From positions 68 to 64,067 of the forward strand of contig JACKFK010000004.1 in the NCBI GenBank assembly GCA_020632515.1: a stretch of DNA of 64,000 bases. Reading direction: 5' to 3'. This stretch comes from Candidatus Omnitrophota bacterium. GTDB taxonomy: Bacteria > Omnitrophota > Gorgyraeia > Zapsychrales > Zapsychraceae. A program made the translations under genes and the position numbers. Below the pieces are notes generated by a model. It saw only the letters and a list, made by a program, of their open reading frames with translations, searched no databases and was not told the DNA's origin. Numbering within the stretch: position 1 is the first letter of the stretch; each line of letters starts with the position of its first letter. Shown piece by piece: positions 56,003 to 64,000 of this stretch.

Positions 56003-56773
56003 TTGGATGAATTTATAAATAGCTCTCATGTTGATTTTAATTGTTTCCATGTTTTGAAATTAGGGCTTCAGGAAGCCTTTAATCCAGCATTTTTAGCTGC
56101 TTTTTTTCTTTTTTTTATTTATATAACAGCGCAAAAGATCAGTCATCGACAAGTTATTGTTCTAGGAATGAATTTTTTTTATAGTTTTATGATTTCAAAT
56201 AGCATGTTAATAAATGGAAATTATGATTATCTTTTAAATCAACCAATTGTTTTGAAAGTGATTCGAATTTTTAACTTTTGTTTAGCGGTTTATCTTTTTA
56301 TATTAGGGGCGATTCATTTTAGCAGTTGGAGTAAGATTAAGAGAACAAATCAATTGCGAGATCTTCAAAAACCACTGCCGAAATTATTTTCTTCAGAGAA
56401 TCTTAATGTTGGTTTAAGAGATAAGAAGAAAAAAATTTTATCATTTTCATTTTTAGGAAAAGCTTTTTTTGTGTTTTTATTTGGAATTTTTTCTGTTTTT
56501 ATGGGATCCATGCTGGCGCATGATTATGAAATTTTCTTATATTTATTGAAGATGTTTCAAGATGGGGAAATTTCATTTAACATGTATAAATTGTCAATTC
56601 AGTTTTATAATTTTTGCGCTATTTTGCCGGGGATAGTATTGGGGATTATAATTGTTTCTTTAATGAACGGAAGAAGGAATCTAAATACATTTAAGTTTGT
56701 TTCCTATTATAAGATAATTTCAGCTGCTTTATTTTTTGCAACAAGCATTGGTCTTTTAATTTCATATTTTTAA
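56003..56773 (+). CDS. hypothetical polytopic membrane protein
   Basis: 256 aa, TTG start. Very AT-rich and Phe/Ile-rich with about 6 hydrophobic helices. No family recognised. Start uncertain. Confidence 0.45.
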   Translation: MDEFINSSHVDFNCFHVLKLGLQEAFNPAFLAAFFLFFIYITAQKISHRQVIVLGMNFFYSFMISNSMLINGNYDYLLNQPIVLKVIRIFNFCLAVYLFILGAIHFSSWSKIKRTNQLRDLQKPLPKLFSSENLNVGLRDKKKKILSFSFLGKAFFVFLFGIFSVFMGSMLAHDYEIFLYLLKMFQDGEISFNMYKLSIQFYNFCAILPGIVLGIIIVSLMNGRRNLNTFKFVSYYKIISAALFFATSIGLLISYF

Positions 56774-56809
56774 TTTGAGAAATTACGAAATTCTAGAAAA
56801 GGATTAATT

Positions 56810-58081
56810 ATGAATATTGCTGTAGTTGGTGCTCAATGGGGAGATGAGGGAAAAGGAAAACTCATCGACATCCTTTCCAAAGATAAAGATGTTACCGTGC
56901 GTTATCAAGGTGGAAATAATGCTGGGCACACTGTTGTTGTCGAGCAGAAAGAATATGTTTTTCATCTTTTACCCTCGGCGATTTTACATAAAGGGAAAGT
57001 ATGTGTGATCGGTAATGGTGTGGTTGTTGATCCTAAAGCTTTATTGGCTGAGATTGATGAGCTTGCGGCTAAAGGGATTAAGGTGACATCCAGCCGGTTA
57101 AAAATTTCCGGATTATGTCATATCATTATGCCGTATCATCGGATTCTAGATGGTTTGCGGGAAGCAAAAAGAAAGAATAAAATAGGCACCACTGGACGAG
57201 GAATCGGCCCGTGTTATGCGGATAAAGTTACGCGATGTGGGATTCGGATGATTGATTTGCTCAATCCGCGTGTTTTAAAAGCAAAGCTTGAAGATAATTT
57301 AACGGAAAAAAATGAAATTTTTCGTAAGGTATTTAATAGTCAGGGATATTCATTAAAGAAAACGTATGATGAATATCTTAAATATGGACAAGCTTTAGAA
57401 AAATATATTACAGATACAGCTATCTTTTTAAATAAAGAAATTGATAATAAGAAATCCATTCTTTTTGAAGGCGCTCAAGGAACTTTTCTGGATATCGATT
57501 TTGGAACTTATCCTTTTGTGACTTCTTCAAATTCCATTGTTGGGGGCGTATGCTCTGGCTGCGGCGTGGCGCCCACTAAAGTTGATAAAATTATTGCTTG
57601 TGTTAAGGCGTATACGACCAGGGTTGGAGAAGGGCCTTTTCCGACGGAATTTTCAACTAATTTAAAAGATGAAATAAGAACAAAGGGGAATGAATTTGGG
57701 GCAACTACCGGACGACCCAGAAGGTGTGGATGGTTTGATAGTGTATTAGTTCGGTATTCGGTAATTCTTAATGGTGTCGATGAATTAGCGATTATGAAAT
57801 TGGATGTGCTGGATGAGTTAGAGAAAATCAGCATTTGTACGGGGTATCGATATAAGGGCAAGTTATACAAACAGTTTCCATTAGATTTTGAAGTTATGGC
57901 TAATGCGCAACCTGTTTATGAAGAAGTGAACGGGTGGTCTTCTCCTACAACTGGAATTAGGGAATTTAAAAAACTTCCTATTAATGCGCAGAAATATATT
58001 CTTCGGTTGGAAGAGCTTTTAAAAGTGAAAGTTAAGTATATTTCCGTTGGAAGCCGCCGCGATCAAATTATTGTGCGTTAA
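56810..58081 (+). CDS. purA: adenylosuccinate synthase
   Basis: 423 aa. GAQWGDEGKGK, GGNNAGHT, GTTGRGIGP, GATTGRPRRCGW. Confidence 0.97.
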   Translation: MNIAVVGAQWGDEGKGKLIDILSKDKDVTVRYQGGNNAGHTVVVEQKEYVFHLLPSAILHKGKVCVIGNGVVVDPKALLAEIDELAAKGIKVTSSRLKISGLCHIIMPYHRILDGLREAKRKNKIGTTGRGIGPCYADKVTRCGIRMIDLLNPRVLKAKLEDNLTEKNEIFRKVFNSQGYSLKKTYDEYLKYGQALEKYITDTAIFLNKEIDNKKSILFEGAQGTFLDIDFGTYPFVTSSNSIVGGVCSGCGVAPTKVDKIIACVKAYTTRVGEGPFPTEFSTNLKDEIRTKGNEFGATTGRPRRCGWFDSVLVRYSVILNGVDELAIMKLDVLDELEKISICTGYRYKGKLYKQFPLDFEVMANAQPVYEEVNGWSSPTTGIREFKKLPINAQKYILRLEELLKVKVKYISVGSRRDQIIVR

Positions 58082-58115
58082 TTAAGTATATATATTAATC
58101 ATATCTATAAAAATC

Positions 58116-58144
58116 TTGACTTTAAATAGGGGCTATGTTAATTT
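58116..58144 (+). promoter_or_regulatory. possible promoter TTGACT-17 nt-(TGT)TAATTT upstream of the OmpA-like lipoprotein gene
   Basis: TTGACT at 58116-58121, a 17-nt spacer ending in TGT, TAATTT at 58139-58144. About 60 nt upstream of ATG 58206. Confidence 0.4.
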
Positions 58145-58205
58145 GGGAGACAAGTCTTGCGTAGTTACTCTTCATAATTATTTAACCTCTAATAAGGAGG
58201 AAAGA

Positions 58206-58817
58206 ATGATCAAGAAACTCACGGCATTTAGTTCTTTCTTTTTGATTGCGACAATGCTTTTTACTTTAACTGGGTGTACAGTTGTGTTTCAAAAAGGAAG
58301 ACGGGTTGATGTCGAGAAAATATCTAAATTAAAGCGCGAATTAACAGATTTAGAAAGAGCCAAAGCAGAATTAGAAGATCGTTTGCGCAATGAAATAAAC
58401 AACAAGGAAATTGTTGTTGAAGATATGGAAAGAGGGTTAGTTATAACCTTTGTGGCAGAAGTTTTGTTTGATTCAGGGAAGGCTGATTTAAAAGAAAATT
58501 CTTTTGGTAAACTGGCTAAAGTCGCAAAGGTATTACAAACAACTGTCCGCGATTTAAATGTTGCTGTTGAAGGGCATACCGATAATGTGCCAATCAAGTA
58601 CTCAGGATGGAAATCCAATTGGGAGCTTTCAACCGCAAGATCTTTAAGTGTTTTACATTACTTAATTGATAATCAGAATTTAGAACCAACTCGTTTATCA
58701 GCCGCTGGTTATGGTGAATTTCGTCCGGTTGCTGATAACAAATCCGCAGAAGGCCGTCAAAAAAACCGACGAGTGGAAATTGTTATTATTCCTAAAGCAA
58801 AGGTTGAAGGACGGTAA
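58206..58817 (+). CDS. OmpA/MotB-domain lipoprotein with coiled-coil linker (peptidoglycan-associated)
   Basis: 203 aa from ATG 58206, behind AAGGAGGAAAG. Lipobox LTGC. Coiled coil KLKRELTDLERAKAELEDRLRNE. OmpA-like GHTDNVPI...NWELSTARSLSV...GRQKNRRVEIVI. Confidence 0.85.
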   Translation: MIKKLTAFSSFFLIATMLFTLTGCTVVFQKGRRVDVEKISKLKRELTDLERAKAELEDRLRNEINNKEIVVEDMERGLVITFVAEVLFDSGKADLKENSFGKLAKVAKVLQTTVRDLNVAVEGHTDNVPIKYSGWKSNWELSTARSLSVLHYLIDNQNLEPTRLSAAGYGEFRPVADNKSAEGRQKNRRVEIVIIPKAKVEGR

Positions 58818-58851
58818 TTGAAAGTAATACATCTATTATAGGAGGTTAGTT

Positions 58852-59223
58852 TTGAGAAATGTTTGGCTTATCCTTTCTATTGTAATTGTTTTAGGATGTG
58901 TTGGGATGGCAACAAAGTATAAAAAGGATGCTAAAGCAGCTAAGGATGTATTAAACTCGGAGCGTTATCATCGGATGCTTGCCGAAGAAGAATTAGAGAA
59001 AACAAAGACAAAATTATCAGCAGCTGAAGTTGATTTATCTCGATTACAGAAAAAATCTAAAAGTATTGAATTAAGATTGGCGCAAACAGAAGAAATCAAT
59101 TCGGATTTAAAAGCGCGGTTAGATAAAATTTCAGAAATTAACAGTAATTTGCAGAAAAAGATCAAAGAGTTAGGCGAGTTTACTTTAGGGACGGAAATTT
59201 TAGGGGTTCCAGGAGAAATATAA
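58852..59223 (+). CDS. hypothetical coiled-coil lipoprotein
   Basis: 123 aa, TTG start 7 nt after GGAGG. Signal plus lipobox-like IVLGC. The rest is predicted as a long coiled coil. Confidence 0.55.
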   Translation: MRNVWLILSIVIVLGCVGMATKYKKDAKAAKDVLNSERYHRMLAEEELEKTKTKLSAAEVDLSRLQKKSKSIELRLAQTEEINSDLKARLDKISEINSNLQKKIKELGEFTLGTEILGVPGEI

Positions 59224-59306
59224 TTTAGATTTTCTGCTTTTTTTAGGATTAGTATTGTGTAAATGTAATTTTTTGTTTTTCTAGGATAGCTTAAGCTTGT
59301 GGTATG

Positions 59307-59345
59307 ATGGGGGATATTGTTTCTAAATCCCCCATTTTATTTATT
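59307..59345 (+). terminator. rho-independent terminator
   Basis: Perfect 8-bp stem ATGGGGGA (59307-59314) / TCCCCCAT (59328-59335), 13-nt loop, then TTTATTTATT. Confidence 0.7.
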
Positions 59346-59415
59346 GTTATTTTGTCATATTCGCGTCTTAAATATTGATCTTAATAACAAAATTTATTAT
59401 CTTTAAGAGTTTCAA

Positions 59416-60147
59416 ATGCAATTAGAAAAAATTCCTCAACATGTTGCGATTATAATGGATGGAAACGGCCGTTGGGCAAAGTCTCGCCAATTACCGCGCA
59501 CTAAAGGGCATTTAGAAGGTGTAAAGAGGGTTGAAGAAATTGTTGATGTTGCATCGGAGATAGGGATTAAAGTTTTAACGCTATATACATTCTCAACCGA
59601 AAATTGGAAACGGCCAAAATCAGAAGTTTCTATGTTGATGAATTTGTTAGCAGAGGTCTTAAAGCATAAAATAGATAGTCTTAAAAAAAGTAATATACGT
59701 TTTCAAACCATTGGACGCAAAGATAGGGTACCAGATGCCTTATTAAATGCGATAAACCAAGTGGCTCATGAAACAAAAGAAAATACAGGTTTAATTTTAA
59801 ATTTGGCTTTCAATTACGGAGCCAGATTAGAGATCATAGACGCTATTAAGCAAATTGCATTGCTTGTAAAGAATAATCAGCTTGCAATTGAGAATATTGA
59901 TGATTTCACTGTCTCGCGGCATCTTTATACTTATAATTTACCTGATCCGGATTTATTGATTAGAACATCCGGAGAGCAGCGTATAAGTAATTTTTTATTG
60001 TGGCAGTTATCATACGCCGAATTTTATTTTACACAGAAATATTGGCCAGATTTTGATGCTGATGAATTCAAAAATGCTCTAAATGAATTTCAAAATCGAG
60101 AAAGACGTTATGGTAAAATAGGAAAAAATGATAAAGAAAAAAGGTAA
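59416..60147 (+). CDS. uppS: undecaprenyl diphosphate synthase (cis-prenyltransferase)
   Basis: 243 aa. HVAIIMDGNGRWA, LTLYTFSTENWKRP, IRTSGEQRISNFLLWQ. Confidence 0.95.
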   Translation: MQLEKIPQHVAIIMDGNGRWAKSRQLPRTKGHLEGVKRVEEIVDVASEIGIKVLTLYTFSTENWKRPKSEVSMLMNLLAEVLKHKIDSLKKSNIRFQTIGRKDRVPDALLNAINQVAHETKENTGLILNLAFNYGARLEIIDAIKQIALLVKNNQLAIENIDDFTVSRHLYTYNLPDPDLLIRTSGEQRISNFLLWQLSYAEFYFTQKYWPDFDADEFKNALNEFQNRERRYGKIGKNDKEKR

Positions 60148-60159
60148 ACAATACGATAT

Positions 60160-60972
60160 ATGAGCAAAGACCGATTGATCAGTTCAACAATAATGATCAC
60201 CCTCACCATTTTTGCTGTTATTTATGAATGGGTTTTTTTATTAACTCTGTTGGCTTTAATTATTGGCGGACTGTATGAGTTTTTCTATTTGATAAAGAAA
60301 AAGGGAATTCCAATATATAGTTATACGGGCATATTTATTGGGGGATTGATCCCATTATCCATTTATTTTCGTTTTGCGCCTACAAAAGGATGGGAGCTTT
60401 TATTTATTGTTCTGCTTTTGCTTATGATCTTTTTTATGCAGTTTATGCGTGAAGATAATAAAGACGCCATTATTGGAATATCGACAACCTTATTTGGCGT
60501 ATTGTATGTTTCTTGGTTTTTTAGTTTTCTTATTAAGATTCGATTCCTGCTTCCGGGAATGGATGGCGTAAAACTGCTTGGATTTATATTGCTTGTTACA
60601 AAATGTGGCGATATCGGAGCGTTGTTAATTGGCAGTAAATTTGGTAAACATCCTTTATTACCGAGAGTTAGTCCCAATAAAACGATTGAAGGAAGTATTG
60701 GGAGTTTTACTTTTAGCGCGTTAGCTGCCGTGTTAGGTCATAATCTTATACCCGCGGAATTGCATTTTTCTATCCAAAGAATAGCTTTAATGGGAATATT
60801 TTTTGGTGGATTAGGACAGATTGGAGATATGTCGGAATCATTAATTAAGAGGGACTGTCAAGTAAAGGATTCGGGAAAAATGTTACCGGCTTTGGGTGGA
60901 GTGCTGGATGCGATTGATAGTTTATTATTCTCGGCTCCGGCATTTTATTTTTATATGAATTCAGCGATTTAA
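60160..60972 (+). CDS. cdsA: phosphatidate cytidylyltransferase
   Basis: 270 aa polytopic protein. C-terminal signature SLIKRDCQVKDSGKMLPALGGVLDAIDS. Confidence 0.92.
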   Translation: MSKDRLISSTIMITLTIFAVIYEWVFLLTLLALIIGGLYEFFYLIKKKGIPIYSYTGIFIGGLIPLSIYFRFAPTKGWELLFIVLLLLMIFFMQFMREDNKDAIIGISTTLFGVLYVSWFFSFLIKIRFLLPGMDGVKLLGFILLVTKCGDIGALLIGSKFGKHPLLPRVSPNKTIEGSIGSFTFSALAAVLGHNLIPAELHFSIQRIALMGIFFGGLGQIGDMSESLIKRDCQVKDSGKMLPALGGVLDAIDSLLFSAPAFYFYMNSAI

Positions 60973-60976
60973 TTTT

Positions 60977-62131
60977 ATGAAAAGAAAAAGAGTTGTGATC
61001 CTGGGGTCTACAGGATCAATAGGAGTTAATACATTAAAAGTAATTGAGCGTTATCCAGAGAAGTTTGAAGTTTTAGGTTTAACAGCCTACAATAATATTA
61101 AATTATTAGAGAAACAAGTTAAGCGGTTTTCGCCGAAGTATATTGCTGTGAATGAGGATGGTTTTAAGTATTTTAAGAAACAGGGTAGCATAGCACAAAA
61201 GAATATATTAAATGTTTTTCAAGATTTAGAGCATCTTGTTGCCTTGAAAGAAGCTGATATTGTTGTGATCGCAATGCGCGGAAGCGCAGCATTAATGCCT
61301 TTTTTAAGTGCGGTGACTTCAGGAAAAACCGTTGCTACGGCGAATAAAGAGGCGTTGGTTATTGCTGGCAATATTATTTTAAAAGAAGCAAAAAAATTTA
61401 ATGCGCGGGTGATACCTGTTGATAGCGAGCAAAGCGCAATTTTTCAATGCTTGGAAGGCCGTACGAATAATCATGTTAATAAAATTCACCTGACAGCTTC
61501 AGGTGGAACATTACTAAGAGTTTCGAAATCGAGATTTGATCAGATTACCGTTAAAGAAATTCTAAATCATCCTCGTTGGAAAATGGGTCAGAAAATCACT
61601 GTTGATTCCGCAACGTTGATGAATAAAGGATTTGAGATTATTGAAGCGATTAAGCTTTTTGATTTATCGGTTGATCAGATTCATGTTGTCATTCATCCGG
61701 AAGCAATCATTCATTCTATGGTTGAATTTGATGATGGCTCTGTGATCGCTCAATTGGGTGTTACCGATATGCGGTTACCTATTCAATACGCGTTAACGTA
61801 TCCCCAACGGATGGACACTGGATGTGCCCCATTAAAATTTGCGCAGTTAAAAAAATTAACATTCGAAGAACCTGACTTTAAAAAGTTTCCGGCTCTTTCA
61901 TTATCTATTCATGTAGCAAAAGAAGATGGAACACTACCGAGTGTGTTAAATGCGGCTGATGAGGTCGCTGTGGATGCTTATTTAAATCAGGAAATAGCAT
62001 TAACACAAATTTATAAAATTACTGAAAAAGTGGTGTTAAAACATAAAAATAAAAAGAATCCTGATCTTAATGCAATTTTAGCCGCAGATGCGTGGGCTAG
62101 AGAGGAAGTAAGAAAGGAAATATATAATTAA
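60977..62131 (+). CDS. dxr: 1-deoxy-D-xylulose 5-phosphate reductoisomerase
   Basis: 384 aa. ILGSTGSIG, ANKEALV, LTASGG, NHPRWKMG. Confidence 0.96.
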   Translation: MKRKRVVILGSTGSIGVNTLKVIERYPEKFEVLGLTAYNNIKLLEKQVKRFSPKYIAVNEDGFKYFKKQGSIAQKNILNVFQDLEHLVALKEADIVVIAMRGSAALMPFLSAVTSGKTVATANKEALVIAGNIILKEAKKFNARVIPVDSEQSAIFQCLEGRTNNHVNKIHLTASGGTLLRVSKSRFDQITVKEILNHPRWKMGQKITVDSATLMNKGFEIIEAIKLFDLSVDQIHVVIHPEAIIHSMVEFDDGSVIAQLGVTDMRLPIQYALTYPQRMDTGCAPLKFAQLKKLTFEEPDFKKFPALSLSIHVAKEDGTLPSVLNAADEVAVDAYLNQEIALTQIYKITEKVVLKHKNKKNPDLNAILAADAWAREEVRKEIYN

Positions 62132-62133
62132 TT

Positions 62134-63540
62134 ATGTTAGAAGCCTTATTATCAAACTTTCAGGGAACATTCGTTTTTATCATTGTCTTGAGCATTTTAA
62201 TTGTTGTGCATGAGTGGGGACATTTTATCACTGCAAAAAAACTCGGTGTTAAAGTGGAAGAATTTTCTTTAGGTTTTGGACCTAAGTTGTTTTCCAAATT
62301 ACATAATGGCACAGAATATATGCTTAAATTAATTCCGTTGGGTGGATATGTCCGTATGGCTGGGGATGAGCGTTCGCGTACGCATGGACAACCGGATGAA
62401 TTTTTATCCAAACCGGTCGGACAGCGTTCTTTAATTGTATTAAACGGACCTGTTGTAAATTTTATTCTCGCCTATTTATGTTTTGCTTTAGTTTTTTTAA
62501 TTGGGTATCCAGCAGCGCCGACATTAATCAATAAAGTGAAAAGCAGCAGCCCGGCAGCAAAAGCGGGAATTCAAGAAGGCGATCATATTGTTAGTATTAA
62601 TGGAAAGAAAGTATATGGACAGCTTCATTTAGAACGTTTATTGGAAGGCTCGTCGCAAGATACATTAAATTTAATCATTCAAAGAGATGGCAATGAACTG
62701 CCTGTTCAAGTGATTCCTGATATTGTTATGGAACCTGATTTTTTTCATCAATCTCGGCAGAAAAAAGATATCGGGGTTAGTTTCACTTCCAATGAAATTG
62801 GTTGGATCAGCGAGGACAGCCCCGCACAGAAGAATGATTTAAAAGTAGGCGATCGAATTATTCAAGTTGATGGTGTTAATACATTCGATTGGGAAGATGT
62901 TCGAGAGAATATTGCAGACTCTTCAGGAGATGAAATAAGAATCGTTTTATTACGTGATGGAGAGCAGATTGAAAAAAGACTGATTCCGGAAATTATTATG
63001 GTTAAAGATGAAGATGGTGTTGAGAAAGGCGTCCGCAAAATAGGTATAGCGCAAGGCCAGGATACTGAATTGTTCCGATTTGATCCGCTTACTTCTGTTC
63101 GATATGCCTATGATGAATTAGCTTATATAACAGTCATGACATATAAGGCAATGTACTACATGATAACAGGAAAGACTTCGCCTAAAGAAAGTGTGGGGGG
63201 GCCGGTTCTTATATTTGGAGTCGTTAAAAGCGCAGCGGAACGTGGTATTAGTCATTTGTTATTGATTCTTGGTGTAGTCAGTGCCAGTTTAGCAATTTTT
63301 AATTTAATGCCGATTATTCCATTAGATGGCGGACATATTTTCTTATTTGGCATTGAGAAATTACGAGGCCGGCCATTATCAGAAAAAACAGAAGACTGGA
63401 TTAGTCGCATAGGCCTTAGTTTTATTATTCTTTTGGCTTTATATATTTTTTATATTGATTTTGAACGGGTGGGACTTTTCCAATGGATACAGCAAAGTGT
63501 GGAGAGCTTAAAGCAAATGTCCTTAAAAATTTTTAATTAA
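62134..63540 (+). CDS. rseP: RIP metalloprotease RseP (site-2 protease, M50) with two PDZ domains
   Basis: 468 aa. HEWGH zinc motif, two PDZ-like segments, C-terminal NLMPIIPLDGGH. Confidence 0.93.
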   Translation: MLEALLSNFQGTFVFIIVLSILIVVHEWGHFITAKKLGVKVEEFSLGFGPKLFSKLHNGTEYMLKLIPLGGYVRMAGDERSRTHGQPDEFLSKPVGQRSLIVLNGPVVNFILAYLCFALVFLIGYPAAPTLINKVKSSSPAAKAGIQEGDHIVSINGKKVYGQLHLERLLEGSSQDTLNLIIQRDGNELPVQVIPDIVMEPDFFHQSRQKKDIGVSFTSNEIGWISEDSPAQKNDLKVGDRIIQVDGVNTFDWEDVRENIADSSGDEIRIVLLRDGEQIEKRLIPEIIMVKDEDGVEKGVRKIGIAQGQDTELFRFDPLTSVRYAYDELAYITVMTYKAMYYMITGKTSPKESVGGPVLIFGVVKSAAERGISHLLLILGVVSASLAIFNLMPIIPLDGGHIFLFGIEKLRGRPLSEKTEDWISRIGLSFIILLALYIFYIDFERVGLFQWIQQSVESLKQMSLKIFN

Positions 63541-63560
63541 TAAAAAGATGAGGTAAAGAT

Positions 63561-64000
63561 ATGGCAGCAGGAGACATTATTGATCGTGTTAATCGCTATT
63601 TGATCAATCATACCGATTTTTTTAAAGTTAAAGATGAATTAAGTGATTCGCAGTTGAAAGAATTTGTGTTAAAGGCAATCCAAGATTTATGCAAGATTGA
63701 GAATTTGAGTTTAAGCGCTGATCAGAGGGAAATATTAGCCGGTAATTTAGTTAGCGCAGTTGTTAGTTTAGGTCCGATTCGTCCATTAATGGAAGATCAG
63801 ACTATAACAGAAATTATGATTAATGGTTTTGATCAGATTTACATTCAACGGGACGGACGGATTGTTAAAACAGATGTAAAGTTTCAAGATAATCGTCATC
63901 TACTGCATACCATTCATAAGATTTTGGAAGGGTCTGGATCAAATAAGCGTGTTGATGAATCTTCACCGTATGTCGATTTTTCATTGGCGGATGGATCACG
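63561..64000 (+). CDS. CpaF/TadA-family type II/IV secretion ATPase, 5' part (runs off the window)
   Basis: ATG 63561 behind GAGGTAAAG. The N-terminal region LGPIRPLMEDQTITEIMINGFDQIYIQRDGRI is typical of CpaF-like ATPases. Truncated by the window end. Confidence 0.75.
   Translation, partial: MAAGDIIDRVNRYLINHTDFFKVKDELSDSQLKEFVLKAIQDLCKIENLSLSADQREILAGNLVSAVVSLGPIRPLMEDQTITEIMINGFDQIYIQRDGRIVKTDVKFQDNRHLLHTIHKILEGSGSNKRVDESSPYVDFSLADGS

Noticed and set aside
59304-59378. 24-codon ORF (MMGDIVSKSPILFIVILSYSRLKY) in the gap before uppS.
   Set aside because: It has no convincing Shine-Dalgarno. Its first half is the stem-loop of the rho-independent terminator, which explains the sequence better.
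1-64000. Looked for CRISPR arrays, IS elements or transposases, phage integrase or structural genes, reverse transcriptases and rRNA genes.
   Set aside because: No spaced direct-repeat arrays are visible in any gap. No ORF carries transposase, RT or phage motifs. The only recombinase is a housekeeping-type Xer next to topA. No rRNA-like sequence is visible.

Overview
This is a gene-dense, AT-leaning 64-kb chromosomal segment from a diderm (LPS-making) bacterium. I call about 65 protein genes and 3 tRNAs. The protein families suggest an uncultivated lineage, possibly Omnitrophota- or PVC-like, but that is an unverified impression. Every gene is on the + strand except one PIN/AbrB toxin-antitoxin cassette. 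In order, the content is:
- an MsbA-like ABC exporter, then rpsB-tsf-pyrH-frr
- tRNA-Lys, tRNA-Leu and tRNA-Gly with unusually long spacers
- a permease-less PTS set (ptsN, yvcK, ptsH, ptsI)
- a sugar nucleotidyltransferase, metK-ahcY, pfkA and ilvC
- a methyltransferase plus VapBC-like cassette, then leuA
- a type IV pilin, aroE and pilD
- two TMTC-like TPR/GT-C paralogs bracketing a four-gene cassette (basic protein, zinc-ribbon SDR, small membrane protein, SlyX)
- the PIN/AbrB cassette
- a large secreted protein of unknown function, split by an in-frame TAA
- aroK-dprA-topA-xerC
- a 16.6-kb colinear LPS inner-core block: waaA, lpxK, lpxL-ELM1 fusion, GT4-GT9 fusion, GT4, three GT9, hldA, kdsB, kdsA, kdsD, kdsC, lptC/A fusion, lptB
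- a PPIase-less trigger factor, clpP, a class V aminotransferase, serA and purA
- OmpA-like and coiled-coil lipoproteins
- uppS-cdsA-dxr-rseP and a partial CpaF-like ATPase

I saw no rRNA, CRISPR array, transposase or phage genes. Most of the window is ordinary housekeeping. The parts most worth a second look are:
- the split secreted protein at 27557-29863, which carries an AT-rich, protein-kinase-like domain inserted between Ser/Pro linkers and sits next to a TMTC-like glycosyltransferase paralog with different codon usage
- the paralog-bracketed cassette with the atypical zinc-ribbon SDR
- the domain fusions in the LPS block, especially LpxL-ELM1

All functional calls come from motifs read by eye. 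No database search was run.
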